Source: a virus
Taxonomy: Duplodnaviria > Caudoviricetes
Length of the DNA stretch: 43,536 nt
Virus record (IMG/VR): IMGVR_UViG_3300028844_004072
Location: 1 to 43,536 of that record
Reading direction: 5' to 3' (one strand)
Positions 17,966 to 26,596 of this stretch are shown here, one piece after another. Position numbers and translations under genes: made by a program. Every line of letters begins with the position of its first letter. Position 1 is the first letter of the stretch. The notes under the pieces are model-generated. The model was not told the DNA's origin. It did not search any database and saw only the letters and a program-made list of their open reading frames with translations.

Positions 17966-18221
17966 AAAAGCATTGAGACGAGAGGAACGAGAGCGGATAC
18001 GAGAGTACGCGCGCGAGCGGTGGGAATCACGAATGAGACAGGGCGGCATGAACTCTCGAAACGCTTCGATGGTGCAGCAGGACGTCGAACGGTTCATTCG
18101 GAGGAAGAAAGTCGGAAGCGGCATCATCGCGACAATACTAATGAATATTGCGATTCGATTCGCTCAGTCCTTAATCAGAAAATGGCTCAACGATTGGATG
18201 GTGGAAAATGAAGGACGATAA
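17958..18221 (+). CDS. Hypothetical protein with a C-terminal hydrophobic/amphipathic helix
   Basis: Start moved to ATG 17958; GIIATILMNIAIRFA. Confidence 0.6.
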   Translation: MIEKALRREERERIREYARERWESRMRQGGMNSRNASMVQQDVERFIRRKKVGSGIIATILMNIAIRFAQSLIRKWLNDWMVENEGR

Positions 18222-18573
18222 AGGGTTCAGGTTTCTCGTTGGGTGCTTCGTAATTTTCGCGGGATGGAAACTTTACCAGAGCGGTTGGTTGCAATTCGTA
18301 TTCGGGGATTCAGTCGACGGCACCGAGGTCGGAGACGCAAACGCTATTGCGGTGTTAATTGATGCGTTGATGCAAGCAGTCGATTTAGTCGGATACGTTG
18401 CGATTCTATTGGTTACCGGTGCGTGGCCGACGATCCAGAGCATCATTCGATCAATAACACGTATGCTCGACCCGGAAAGTCACAAAACAGAGGGCGACGA
18501 TATTCGAGACAGTCTCGAGGTGCTGCGTATGGAAATGATTTCCGAGATACGCAAGCAGAACGAAAAGAAATAG
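18208..18573 (+). CDS. Membrane protein (holin candidate)
   Basis: Two hydrophobic segments and a charged C-terminus. Confidence 0.55.
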   Translation: MKDDKGFRFLVGCFVIFAGWKLYQSGWLQFVFGDSVDGTEVGDANAIAVLIDALMQAVDLVGYVAILLVTGAWPTIQSIIRSITRMLDPESHKTEGDDIRDSLEVLRMEMISEIRKQNEKK

Positions 18574-18574
18574 C

Positions 18575-18937
18575 ATGAACGCAGAAACGCAAAAAGCTAT
18601 TGTTCTCGCTGTAATGGCGTTAGTGATTTACTTGGCGTCGCAGACCAAGCCACAGGGGAAGCAGAAGGCGATGGACGAAACGCCGAACGCAATCGTTCTG
18701 GTCCCACCAGCGGGTATGGCGGGAAGCGCGCTAATCGACGAGTGGGCAAAAGAAAACGGATACGAGCTACGGCGTTACTCAGAAAACGCAACCGTCGATG
18801 ATACGGAAGCGTGGGTGTATCCGCTTTTTAAGGCGGCGAAGGCAAAGCAGCCAGCGGCAGCTATCGCGAAAAACGGGGACATAACGGTTGTAACCGTCGG
18901 CGACGATTTTCTCGAGGAGCTAGAAAAGTGGAAGTGA
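18575..18937 (+). CDS. N-terminally membrane-anchored hypothetical protein
   Basis: AIVLAVMALVIYLA. Confidence 0.6.
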   Translation: MNAETQKAIVLAVMALVIYLASQTKPQGKQKAMDETPNAIVLVPPAGMAGSALIDEWAKENGYELRRYSENATVDDTEAWVYPLFKAAKAKQPAAAIAKNGDITVVTVGDDFLEELEKWK

Positions 18938-19737
18938 ATTTTGACGCAACGCCGCGAGATGAGCACGGGCTAGTCGAGAGAGACTATTCATCGGAACCAG
19001 TGGGGACAGTTTGCGGTGGATTCGGCGGAAACTACCTACCGCGAAGCGAGTGGCCGGAGCGTATCGCGATGCACAGATCGCGACGCAGCCGACCTATCGA
19101 CTTTCACAAGTTCCACTCGGTACCGATTCTGAACCAAGAAAGTACGAAATATTGCTGGGCGTATTCCGTTGTGGCGGGCGTTATGAATCGACTTGCTTTT
19201 CAGGGTATCAATTCGCCAGTACCAGAGCTTTCAGCGACCGCAATCGGTGCCGTTGGCATGAACTACAGAAACCAAGGCGGATTCTGTTCGCAGGCCGTCG
19301 ACATGATCCAGAAGCAAGGCGGCGTACCTAATGCGTCCGCGTGGCCGAACGGCTTTCGTATTGATCGAAGCTACGAAAACACGGCAGAGGTACTCGAAAG
19401 CAGGAAACGCAACCGGCTAGTTGATTTTGTTGATCTTGGCGTCGACCTTGACGCAGCAATCTCAAGTATGATCGACGATGATCCGATTCCCGTTACGTTT
19501 AGCCTGCCTTGGTGGAGGCACGCGGTTCTTGGGCTCGAGGTTTTGGACACAGAACAAGGGCCGGCAGAAAGCCTAAAGCGGTATGGAATTCGGTTTGTAA
19601 ATTCTTACGGTCCCGGCTGGGGAAAAAACGGCTACGGCGAATTCTACGGATCCAAAATGGAAGCTTGGGAATACATCGCCGTGCAGCAAGTAAAAGCAAG
19701 AACCGAAGCAAATTTCAAACACGAAGTATTGGTGTAA
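18928..19737 (+). CDS. Papain-like (C1) cysteine peptidase
   Basis: Catalytic set NQESTKYCWAYS (Q...CW), WWRHAV (H) and FVNSYGPGWGKNGYG (N). Confidence 0.88.
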   Translation: MEVNFDATPRDEHGLVERDYSSEPVGTVCGGFGGNYLPRSEWPERIAMHRSRRSRPIDFHKFHSVPILNQESTKYCWAYSVVAGVMNRLAFQGINSPVPELSATAIGAVGMNYRNQGGFCSQAVDMIQKQGGVPNASAWPNGFRIDRSYENTAEVLESRKRNRLVDFVDLGVDLDAAISSMIDDDPIPVTFSLPWWRHAVLGLEVLDTEQGPAESLKRYGIRFVNSYGPGWGKNGYGEFYGSKMEAWEYIAVQQVKARTEANFKHEVLV

Positions 19738-19742
19738 TTTCG

Positions 19743-19997
19743 ATGATAGCAGAGACAGATATTACGCAAGTGTCGATGTTGCTCGGTGCTGTGGCTACTC
19801 TGGGCGGTGTAATAGCAGCCTTATGGAGGCAGATGATTGCACACTTCGGGAGGGTTGACGAAAAGCTGGACACAACACATCGGCAGTTGCGAGAGTGTCA
19901 AGAAGATAGGATTTTAATTTGGCAAACAATCGCAAGGCAACAAGGCCTCGAGGTCGAAGTGCTTCAAAAAAAAAGCGAACTTGGAAAAAGGCACTAG
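19743..19997 (+). CDS. Small single-TM plus coiled-coil protein (holin-like)
   Basis: Start moved to ATG 19743; MLLGAVATLGGVIAALW. Confidence 0.55.
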   Translation: MIAETDITQVSMLLGAVATLGGVIAALWRQMIAHFGRVDEKLDTTHRQLRECQEDRILIWQTIARQQGLEVEVLQKKSELGKRH

Positions 19998-20000
19998 CTA

Positions 20001-20603
20001 ATGATTAATTACATAACCGACATAAAACCATTGCAAGACCAAGGCGTTAGCAATTCCGTAATTGCACAGCACCTTTCGGCAAGGACTGGTTCAGCAATGA
20101 GCACCGAATCAAGCCGCGAGACTTTACAAGAATCGGGTGCTGTCTTAACCGATCCGGTGATGATAAACCAGCGTTCGGGTGGACTCATTGACTATTACCA
20201 AACACTCCAAGCCGGAACCGATCAAACCTTGATTGCGTGGTTTCTTGCGGAAGTGTTTAACGAGTCATCCACGTCAATCGGAACGAACGAGTACCCGCGC
20301 AGCCTAGAATTTGCACAGGTAGAAGCGAGCTTGCCAGACGACATCAAGCTAGTTGCCGAAACCTTAGTGAACCAAAGTGGCGGGCGACCCGATGCTGGAT
20401 GCACAGAAGCCGAAGTGATTTCCTATCAGGCTTCATACGAGCAGCAGCAGCAAATCAATCAGGAGATGCAAGCGTTAGAGCAGCGATACATGGAGCAGTA
20501 CAATCTAAACATTGCACCGCTAATCAACTCGCAAGTGACTGATGAAAATCAATGGCAATCTGCGTTACAGAAAATGGCCGACGACTTTATTCCTGCGGAG
20601 TGA
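20001..20603 (+). CDS. Hypothetical protein (first gene of the fibre/tail block)
   Basis: 200-aa ORF; no recognised motif. Confidence 0.7.
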   Translation: MINYITDIKPLQDQGVSNSVIAQHLSARTGSAMSTESSRETLQESGAVLTDPVMINQRSGGLIDYYQTLQAGTDQTLIAWFLAEVFNESSTSIGTNEYPRSLEFAQVEASLPDDIKLVAETLVNQSGGRPDAGCTEAEVISYQASYEQQQQINQEMQALEQRYMEQYNLNIAPLINSQVTDENQWQSALQKMADDFIPAE

Positions 20604-20607
20604 GTAG

Positions 20608-21936
20608 ATGGCAACCTATTACGTTGATAGTAACGCTACTGGATTAGATGACGGTTCGTCTTGGACGGATGCTTGGACGAGTATTGCGTCATCAACTGGT
20701 GTTTCTGGCGGAGATACTATTTTAGTTGCGAGCAATCATAGTGAAGCAGTCAATGCAAATTTGCAGTATGATTTAACCGCAATAAATAATCCCGCGTTGA
20801 TAATTAGTGCTTCAACATCGACAAGTGCTTACCAAGCTGGAGCGTCAATCTCTGGTGCTGCATTTGACGGCTATGGTCTAATGATTAAAGGACTCGATCT
20901 TCCGACAGTCGGCGGAACTGGTCACTTGGGACTGTACAGGCATGGTCATTATTTTTTTGAAGATTGCACTATAACTCTTAGCAATAATTATAGATTTTTT
21001 GCAAGAGTCGCATCTTTCAAGTCATGCACATGGGATCAGAGCGGAGCAAACGTAAAGCACCAGTTTGACGATAATACCGATTTGCTGTTTGAGGATTGTG
21101 ACATCATCGGTTATTCGGCTGGCACGTTTAGATTCATCTTTCCCTATACATACAAGTACACGCTAACGTTTCGGAATTGTGACATTTCTAACATAACGTA
21201 CATGGTTGAAGATTATATCACTTACGGAACAGTCATCATCGAAAATTGCACGCAATCTTTAACGAGTGTAGTGCAAAATGAAAATTACCTCAGATATGTA
21301 AATTACTCGATCACAAACAGCGAAGCAGGCACATTGACTAACCCCTCAGTTAAGTCATTTTCTGGATCTGAAGGGAGGTTTGTTTCATCAGAAACAACCG
21401 AGTACAGAACGGGTGGAGCAAGCGACGGAAACACGAACTATTCTTTCAAGATAAGAAGTGCCGCGACACGCCATGTTACAGACATTTATTCCATTCCAAT
21501 TACAACGTATGTCGAGTCAGGGTCTCAAACAATAACTGTTTACCTTGCTGGTTCTGCATCGTTAAACGACGATGATTTTTACATCGAAGTATCTTCACCG
21601 AGCGAAGAAGTTTCGCCAACATCTCGCAACAAGTTCCGAACCACAAAGCCAGACCCGCTTGCTACACCAACAGCATTGACCAGCGACACATCGTCTACAT
21701 GGAACGGAACCGGCGTAGGAACAAAGCAAAAGATTGAAGTTGCTATCTCACCTACGATTGCCGGAACGGTCACGGTTAGGTGCTACTTGGCTAAACCTTC
21801 AACAACCGTTTATGTCGATCCAAAGATCAGCACAACAGGCAATCAACGAGTGTTCAATGGTGTGCTTGTTGATGGAGAAGCAGCACCATCAGGCGGGGGC
21901 GGTTCAACAGTAGTTCACCCGCTGTACGCAAATTAG
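20608..21936 (+). CDS. Putative tail spike/receptor-binding protein, pectin-lyase-like beta-helix
   Basis: N-terminus TYYVDSNATGLDDGSSWTDAWTSI; repeated FEDC/FRNC/IENC strands. Confidence 0.65.
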   Translation: MATYYVDSNATGLDDGSSWTDAWTSIASSTGVSGGDTILVASNHSEAVNANLQYDLTAINNPALIISASTSTSAYQAGASISGAAFDGYGLMIKGLDLPTVGGTGHLGLYRHGHYFFEDCTITLSNNYRFFARVASFKSCTWDQSGANVKHQFDDNTDLLFEDCDIIGYSAGTFRFIFPYTYKYTLTFRNCDISNITYMVEDYITYGTVIIENCTQSLTSVVQNENYLRYVNYSITNSEAGTLTNPSVKSFSGSEGRFVSSETTEYRTGGASDGNTNYSFKIRSAATRHVTDIYSIPITTYVESGSQTITVYLAGSASLNDDDFYIEVSSPSEEVSPTSRNKFRTTKPDPLATPTALTSDTSSTWNGTGVGTKQKIEVAISPTIAGTVTVRCYLAKPSTTVYVDPKISTTGNQRVFNGVLVDGEAAPSGGGGSTVVHPLYAN

Positions 21937-21945
21937 AGGGAATCA

Positions 21946-23199
21946 ATGACTGCACTAAACACTCCAATCGTCTTTAATAGCAGCACTGGTAACGATGCGA
22001 CTGCGAGCGGTTCGCCGAGTACGCGAGCGTTTATAACTACGCTTTCGCTACAAATTACAGCAGGTTCAGCGACAACGTACGGCACGGCAAACGGTGCGAT
22101 CAATGTAGGTGATCTGGTTTATGCGCCAAACCAAACGAGCGGCAGAAAATTTAACGTAATCGCAAGCATTAACACAAGCGTTTCGCCAACTGTTTACACG
22201 TTCGACGAAGTTTGGGACGCGAGTGATTTTAGCGCAACATGCTACAGCGGTGGCAAGCGTGCTACGTTTGATAGCACTTCATCTCGACAGGCATTTTCTG
22301 ACTTGGCTGGCGTAAGTTTCAAAACTGAAACTGACCAGACATTAACTTCTACTTTGAATATGGGTGGTGCGTTCAACCAAATAGAGGGCGCAAGCACAAC
22401 ACAGAGAAGTGTAATAACACAAACAGCAGCGGCAGGCGTTCTTAACGCCACTAATAGCTCAAGACTATTTAATTTGAAGATTCAGGGTAATGGTTATACA
22501 GCTTGGAGTGGTGGAGGTCCTTCAACTTTGAAGGAAGCCGTCAATGTAGTTTTTGGAGATCAAACCAACACTATCGGAGTAGCGTTTGGATCATATGGTG
22601 CTTTCCGTTTTCATGAATGTGTTATCCAGTATTGTACTGGCGGGGTGAATATACAAAGCATTTATTCTTCCATTTCAATGTTTAACACTAAATATGTGAA
22701 CAATGTAGGTAGTGCGAATTTAACTCATGGTTCATCCACTTCTTACATTATTGGTTGTTTATTCGCTAATAACGCTGGGGTAGGTCTAATAGCAGACATC
22801 TATAGAGTAAAGACGCACATATCGGGATGCACATTTGCTAATAACGGAAGCCACGGCATTTCTGGTAATTATCCCCCTAGAAGCTGTTATGACAACATAT
22901 TCGCAAACAACGGCGGTTATGGAATTAACATTACCAACTCGTCTAAAAACAATGAAATAGTCTTTGTTGCCAACAATCAGTTTTACGGTAACACCTCTGG
23001 AAATGCGAATGGATTTGACTTGGGATTATCTCCCGTTGCTACAGATCCGCAATTTAATGATCCGTCCTCTGGAGACTTTACTACCAGTCAAGCAAATTCA
23101 AATATACTTGGAGATATAGAAAATAAGGATCGTTTGACTAGAGGTTACGCAGGTCTAGCAGAGGCAGGTAACACAAAATTTCATCCATTGGCGCAGTAG
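21946..23199 (+). CDS. Putative tail spike, right-handed beta-helix
   Basis: Repeats GCLFANNAGVGL, GCTFANNGSHGI and NIFANNGGYGI; DPQFNDPSSGDFT. Confidence 0.7.
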   Translation: MTALNTPIVFNSSTGNDATASGSPSTRAFITTLSLQITAGSATTYGTANGAINVGDLVYAPNQTSGRKFNVIASINTSVSPTVYTFDEVWDASDFSATCYSGGKRATFDSTSSRQAFSDLAGVSFKTETDQTLTSTLNMGGAFNQIEGASTTQRSVITQTAAAGVLNATNSSRLFNLKIQGNGYTAWSGGGPSTLKEAVNVVFGDQTNTIGVAFGSYGAFRFHECVIQYCTGGVNIQSIYSSISMFNTKYVNNVGSANLTHGSSTSYIIGCLFANNAGVGLIADIYRVKTHISGCTFANNGSHGISGNYPPRSCYDNIFANNGGYGINITNSSKNNEIVFVANNQFYGNTSGNANGFDLGLSPVATDPQFNDPSSGDFTTSQANSNILGDIENKDRLTRGYAGLAEAGNTKFHPLAQ

Positions 23200-23208
23200 G
23201 AACAAATT

Positions 23209-24480
23209 ATGGCGCAAGAACAAACAGCGTTAGTCGGTGAATCAATTTCCGTACTCGTCAACGTGATCGATGCAGCATCTCACGTTGCAGCAACGATTAA
23301 CACAACAACAACGAGGATTGAAGGTTTTCCGGCTACTGCACCGACTGTCATAACGGTGAACGTCGGGATTTATCGCATTGTCTTCAGCGGTGTTAGTCCT
23401 GCTCCTTCGGAAGGCGACAGGCTGATCGTGAAGATCAACGGTCAAATCACTTCAACTGGAACTGCATGGACCGAGTACGGCATTCCCGTCAAGATCCTAG
23501 CAAACGATGTCAGCACGTTTGATCAGGCAGTCGATGCAGTCATTACCGATGCAGCTAGTCGAACTGCTAGTCAGGCAAATGTAAGCGGTCTATCAACATT
23601 CGACCCAGCAGCAGACACAGTTGCAAACGTGTCGTCCGTGGCGAATGTTACTAACGCAGTGACAACAGATGCAGCATCGCGCACTGCGTCACAGGCGGAC
23701 GTGTCAGCACTTGCAACATCTGCTTCGATTGCAGCACTCAACGACTTCGATGCAGCTACAGACACAGTTGCTAATGTGACTCTTGTCGGAACGACGACAA
23801 CGAACACTGACATGCGTGGCACAGATGGAGCAAACACAGTAACCCCAAACACGGTTGCTCCAGACAACGCAGCAATTACAGCAATCAAGACAAAAACTGA
23901 TCAGCTTGCGTTTAGTGTGGCTAATCAGGTGGATGCAAATTCGCTAACCGGCGGTACATCTCCTGCTGATATTTGGTCTTACGCGACAAGAACTATCACA
24001 AGCGGTGGCATTACGCCAAGCGAAGTCGCGGATGCAGTTTGGGATGCGAGTTACGCAAGTCATGTATTGGCTGGAACTTTTGGAAAGCTGATGGATCAGT
24101 TACGCAAGGCAAACAGGGCCATCGATGGCGAAGTCTCTGGAACGCCAACTGTTTCTGCGTTTGACTCAAATCTCACGGGGTACGCAACAGGTGCGTTTGA
24201 TAGCGAGGTTCTAGTGTTTTTGTCGGGACCACTCGAAGGGGAAGCGAGGCCGATTCTTGCATATGACGCTACAAACGGTCGACTGACTTTCGAGGAAGTT
24301 TGGACGGGCGTTCCCAATTCTTCAGACGAGTTCGTTATTTTGCCACAGCATGTCCATCCTATTAGCGAAATACAAAACGGATTAGCGACTTCTTCGGAAG
24401 TGGCGACAGTGATAAAAACCGGCGTACAATACACGGCAACAGCCCAGTCAGGCGATACAATACAGGTAGAATTGTCGTGA
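23209..24480 (+). CDS. Ala/Thr-rich repeat-containing virion fibre-like protein
   Basis: TDAASRTASQA[ND]VS x2 and FD.A.D.V x3; IWSY.TRTIT and VADAVWD motifs. Confidence 0.6.
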   Translation: MAQEQTALVGESISVLVNVIDAASHVAATINTTTTRIEGFPATAPTVITVNVGIYRIVFSGVSPAPSEGDRLIVKINGQITSTGTAWTEYGIPVKILANDVSTFDQAVDAVITDAASRTASQANVSGLSTFDPAADTVANVSSVANVTNAVTTDAASRTASQADVSALATSASIAALNDFDAATDTVANVTLVGTTTTNTDMRGTDGANTVTPNTVAPDNAAITAIKTKTDQLAFSVANQVDANSLTGGTSPADIWSYATRTITSGGITPSEVADAVWDASYASHVLAGTFGKLMDQLRKANRAIDGEVSGTPTVSAFDSNLTGYATGAFDSEVLVFLSGPLEGEARPILAYDATNGRLTFEEVWTGVPNSSDEFVILPQHVHPISEIQNGLATSSEVATVIKTGVQYTATAQSGDTIQVELS

Positions 24481-25109
24481 CTCAACAAAATTCATTCGCA
24501 AAATTTTTTGGTGCGCAGTATCCGCTCGAGGGAAATGTAGCGCAAGTCGCACCTACTTACGGCGACGATATTAACATTTTGAACGGAACGCTAAACACGG
24601 GAGGCGGCGTAGTTCCGTCACCAAGCGACGTAAGGCTAAACGTGGCAGTCGCAGCAACCGTTGGGAATTTAGTGCTGCCTGACGTGTCGCAAGTGTTAAT
24701 TGGTGTAACTTTTGGATCAAACGGCACGCAATTTACAGGAACATTGGTTAATAACGTGATTCCAACACCACCTGCTGCGGATATGATTCGCTTAAAAATT
24801 CAGGTAGCTATAAACGGCGATGCAGTCGATGAGGCCACCGTCAAATGCACTTTGATCGAAGCGAATAGCATTGTAAATAACAATATCGACCCGTCAGTGA
24901 CCGGCAACACAGTGAATACGATTGACGGCTACGCAGAAATTGACCTATACCGACAGGTAGCGTTCACCCGGGGAACCGGCGATTATATGATTCAGGTAGA
25001 GCACCACGGGCAGATTCTCGCGAGCATAAAGGCCGCAATGCCAGATCAAACGGAAATTTTTCTCAGCGAGCTCGTCGCTCTAGCAAATCCAACTTACACA
25101 GGGGGCTAG
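24477..25109 (+). CDS. Putative virion structural protein
   Basis: GTGA overlap; P..S[DQ]V...V....GxL repeats. Confidence 0.55.
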   Translation: MTQQNSFAKFFGAQYPLEGNVAQVAPTYGDDINILNGTLNTGGGVVPSPSDVRLNVAVAATVGNLVLPDVSQVLIGVTFGSNGTQFTGTLVNNVIPTPPAADMIRLKIQVAINGDAVDEATVKCTLIEANSIVNNNIDPSVTGNTVNTIDGYAEIDLYRQVAFTRGTGDYMIQVEHHGQILASIKAAMPDQTEIFLSELVALANPTYTGG

Positions 25110-25110
25110 T

Positions 25111-25452
25111 ATGTTTCAGCGGTGGCGAAAACGTCGACTCGAGAGGCGAGTACGTCGGGAGCAGTTGCAAAGGTGCATATTTACGTACGAAACGCAGCAA
25201 GGAACCCGGCACGGGGATCCGATGCAAATCGCTATGGCGTTAAAAACTGATCCAGATTACCTGCCGCGACACCTCGACGAAGCACTAAAGAACGATCCGA
25301 TTTCAATGGAAATTGTCGCAAATGCAGCTTCTCGAGCTTTCGGTATCCCGCGACTCAAAGAAGCTACGGGTGACGGCATGACCATCGCGGAGCTTATCGG
25401 TTTGGTCGACGCTTTCGATCTATGGTGCTACCGGCTTCAAAAAAAAACGTAA
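25111..25452 (+). CDS. Tail assembly chaperone (lambda gpG analogue)
   Basis: Ends CTT CAA AAA AAA ACG TAA (LQKKT*) and overlaps a -1 frame ORF, just before the TMP candidate. Confidence 0.7.
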   Translation: MFQRWRKRRLERRVRREQLQRCIFTYETQQGTRHGDPMQIAMALKTDPDYLPRHLDEALKNDPISMEIVANAASRAFGIPRLKEATGDGMTIAELIGLVDAFDLWCYRLQKKT

Positions 25453-25718
25453 TGTTTACGGACGTCGCAGCTACCTACGGAGCGGGCGACCTATCTCAGC
25501 TAATCAGAAAACGCTACGACCTAGCCTTCAGTTTGTGGTTAAATAGCAACCGATCTCGGCTTCGACAAGCGGAAATCGTAAGGCTCGGAGCTCTTACAGC
25601 AGTCAGCGGGGGGCAAGGAAAAGGCTGGTTTTACGCAAATACCGATACACGCGAAGAAGCTATAAGCCAGTACGAGCGGCATAAATCGCAGATGAACAGG
25701 GAATCGGCAAAGCGATGA
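25439..25718 (+). CDS. -1 frameshift extension of the tail chaperone (gpGT analogue)
   Basis: A9C slippery run at 25439-25448; the -1 frame is open to 25718. Confidence 0.65.
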
Positions 25719-26596
25719 GAAACGAGGCAAACAGTCAATCGTCAACAATCGACGACATAATGCAGAAGTCGCGGCAGCCGCGCCAGCCAGAGCCGCAGTA
25801 CGACCCACGGGGAGGGGAACGCGGTACGCAGCCCGAGACGACAGCAGAAACGATACTTACGACGCAAACGGAGGGTGAAGCACAACCCCGTCAGCCACAG
25901 GCGACCGGCGAGAATACGAACGAAACGAGTCGATTCGACGACAATGAAAACGTCGATCCGCAAGGCTCGGACGTAATGAGAGACATAACCGAACGGAGCG
26001 GTCAGGGTGGAAGATCCCGGGCAGAGAATCTCGGTCGTAACGTAGGAATGGCCGCAGGAGCCTTTCAGTCGGTAACAGTCGGAATCGGGGCGGCGAACGC
26101 AGCACTAAACGGATTGTCGAACGCAGCGTTGAAAGCTAACGCCGGGCTCGCGATGTATAACGCGACGATTGCGGAAGCGGTCGCTCAGGCAGAAGCCGAC
26201 CAAATCAATCGACAGATAAATCAAGGCGAAATAATGGGGCCGCAGTATCGCAGGCTCTCAGAATCGCAAAACGAGTATCGGGATATGATGAACGAGATAC
26301 AGGCACCGCTTCAGGGTGCTGCACTCGACGTAGCCGCTTCATTCAGCGAATTGCGTAACAGTTTAGTGTCATTTGTGTTCCCGTACTTAAAACCTATGGC
26401 GCTCGGTATAGAGGATATTGCGGCGTGGGTGACTGGACGCGAAAAAGACGAAGCCGCAGACAGCCCGCTCGGAGCTCTCGGATTTCTTAGCGACGTTTCG
26501 GATGGGAAGTTTGACGGCAACGGCACTACTTATTTCAACGTAGGCAACAGGCCGCTAATGAGCGACGCTGATCGCCGGAGGATATTTGGCCCGTGA
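25715..26596 (+). CDS. Putative very short tape-measure protein
   Basis: Position after the G/GT pair; Ala/Gly-rich helical middle (GMAAGAFQSVTVGIGAANAALNGL); only 293 aa. Confidence 0.5.
   Translation: MRNEANSQSSTIDDIMQKSRQPRQPEPQYDPRGGERGTQPETTAETILTTQTEGEAQPRQPQATGENTNETSRFDDNENVDPQGSDVMRDITERSGQGGRSRAENLGRNVGMAAGAFQSVTVGIGAANAALNGLSNAALKANAGLAMYNATIAEAVAQAEADQINRQINQGEIMGPQYRRLSESQNEYRDMMNEIQAPLQGAALDVAASFSELRNSLVSFVFPYLKPMALGIEDIAAWVTGREKDEAADSPLGALGFLSDVSDGKFDGNGTTYFNVGNRPLMSDADRRRIFGP

Noticed and set aside
19962-19997. Third A9 run (CTTCAAAAAAAAAG) as a fusion frameshift
   Set aside because: Both shifted frames stop within about 12 codons and the next gene is in the zero frame, so a slip would only alter the C-terminal tail.
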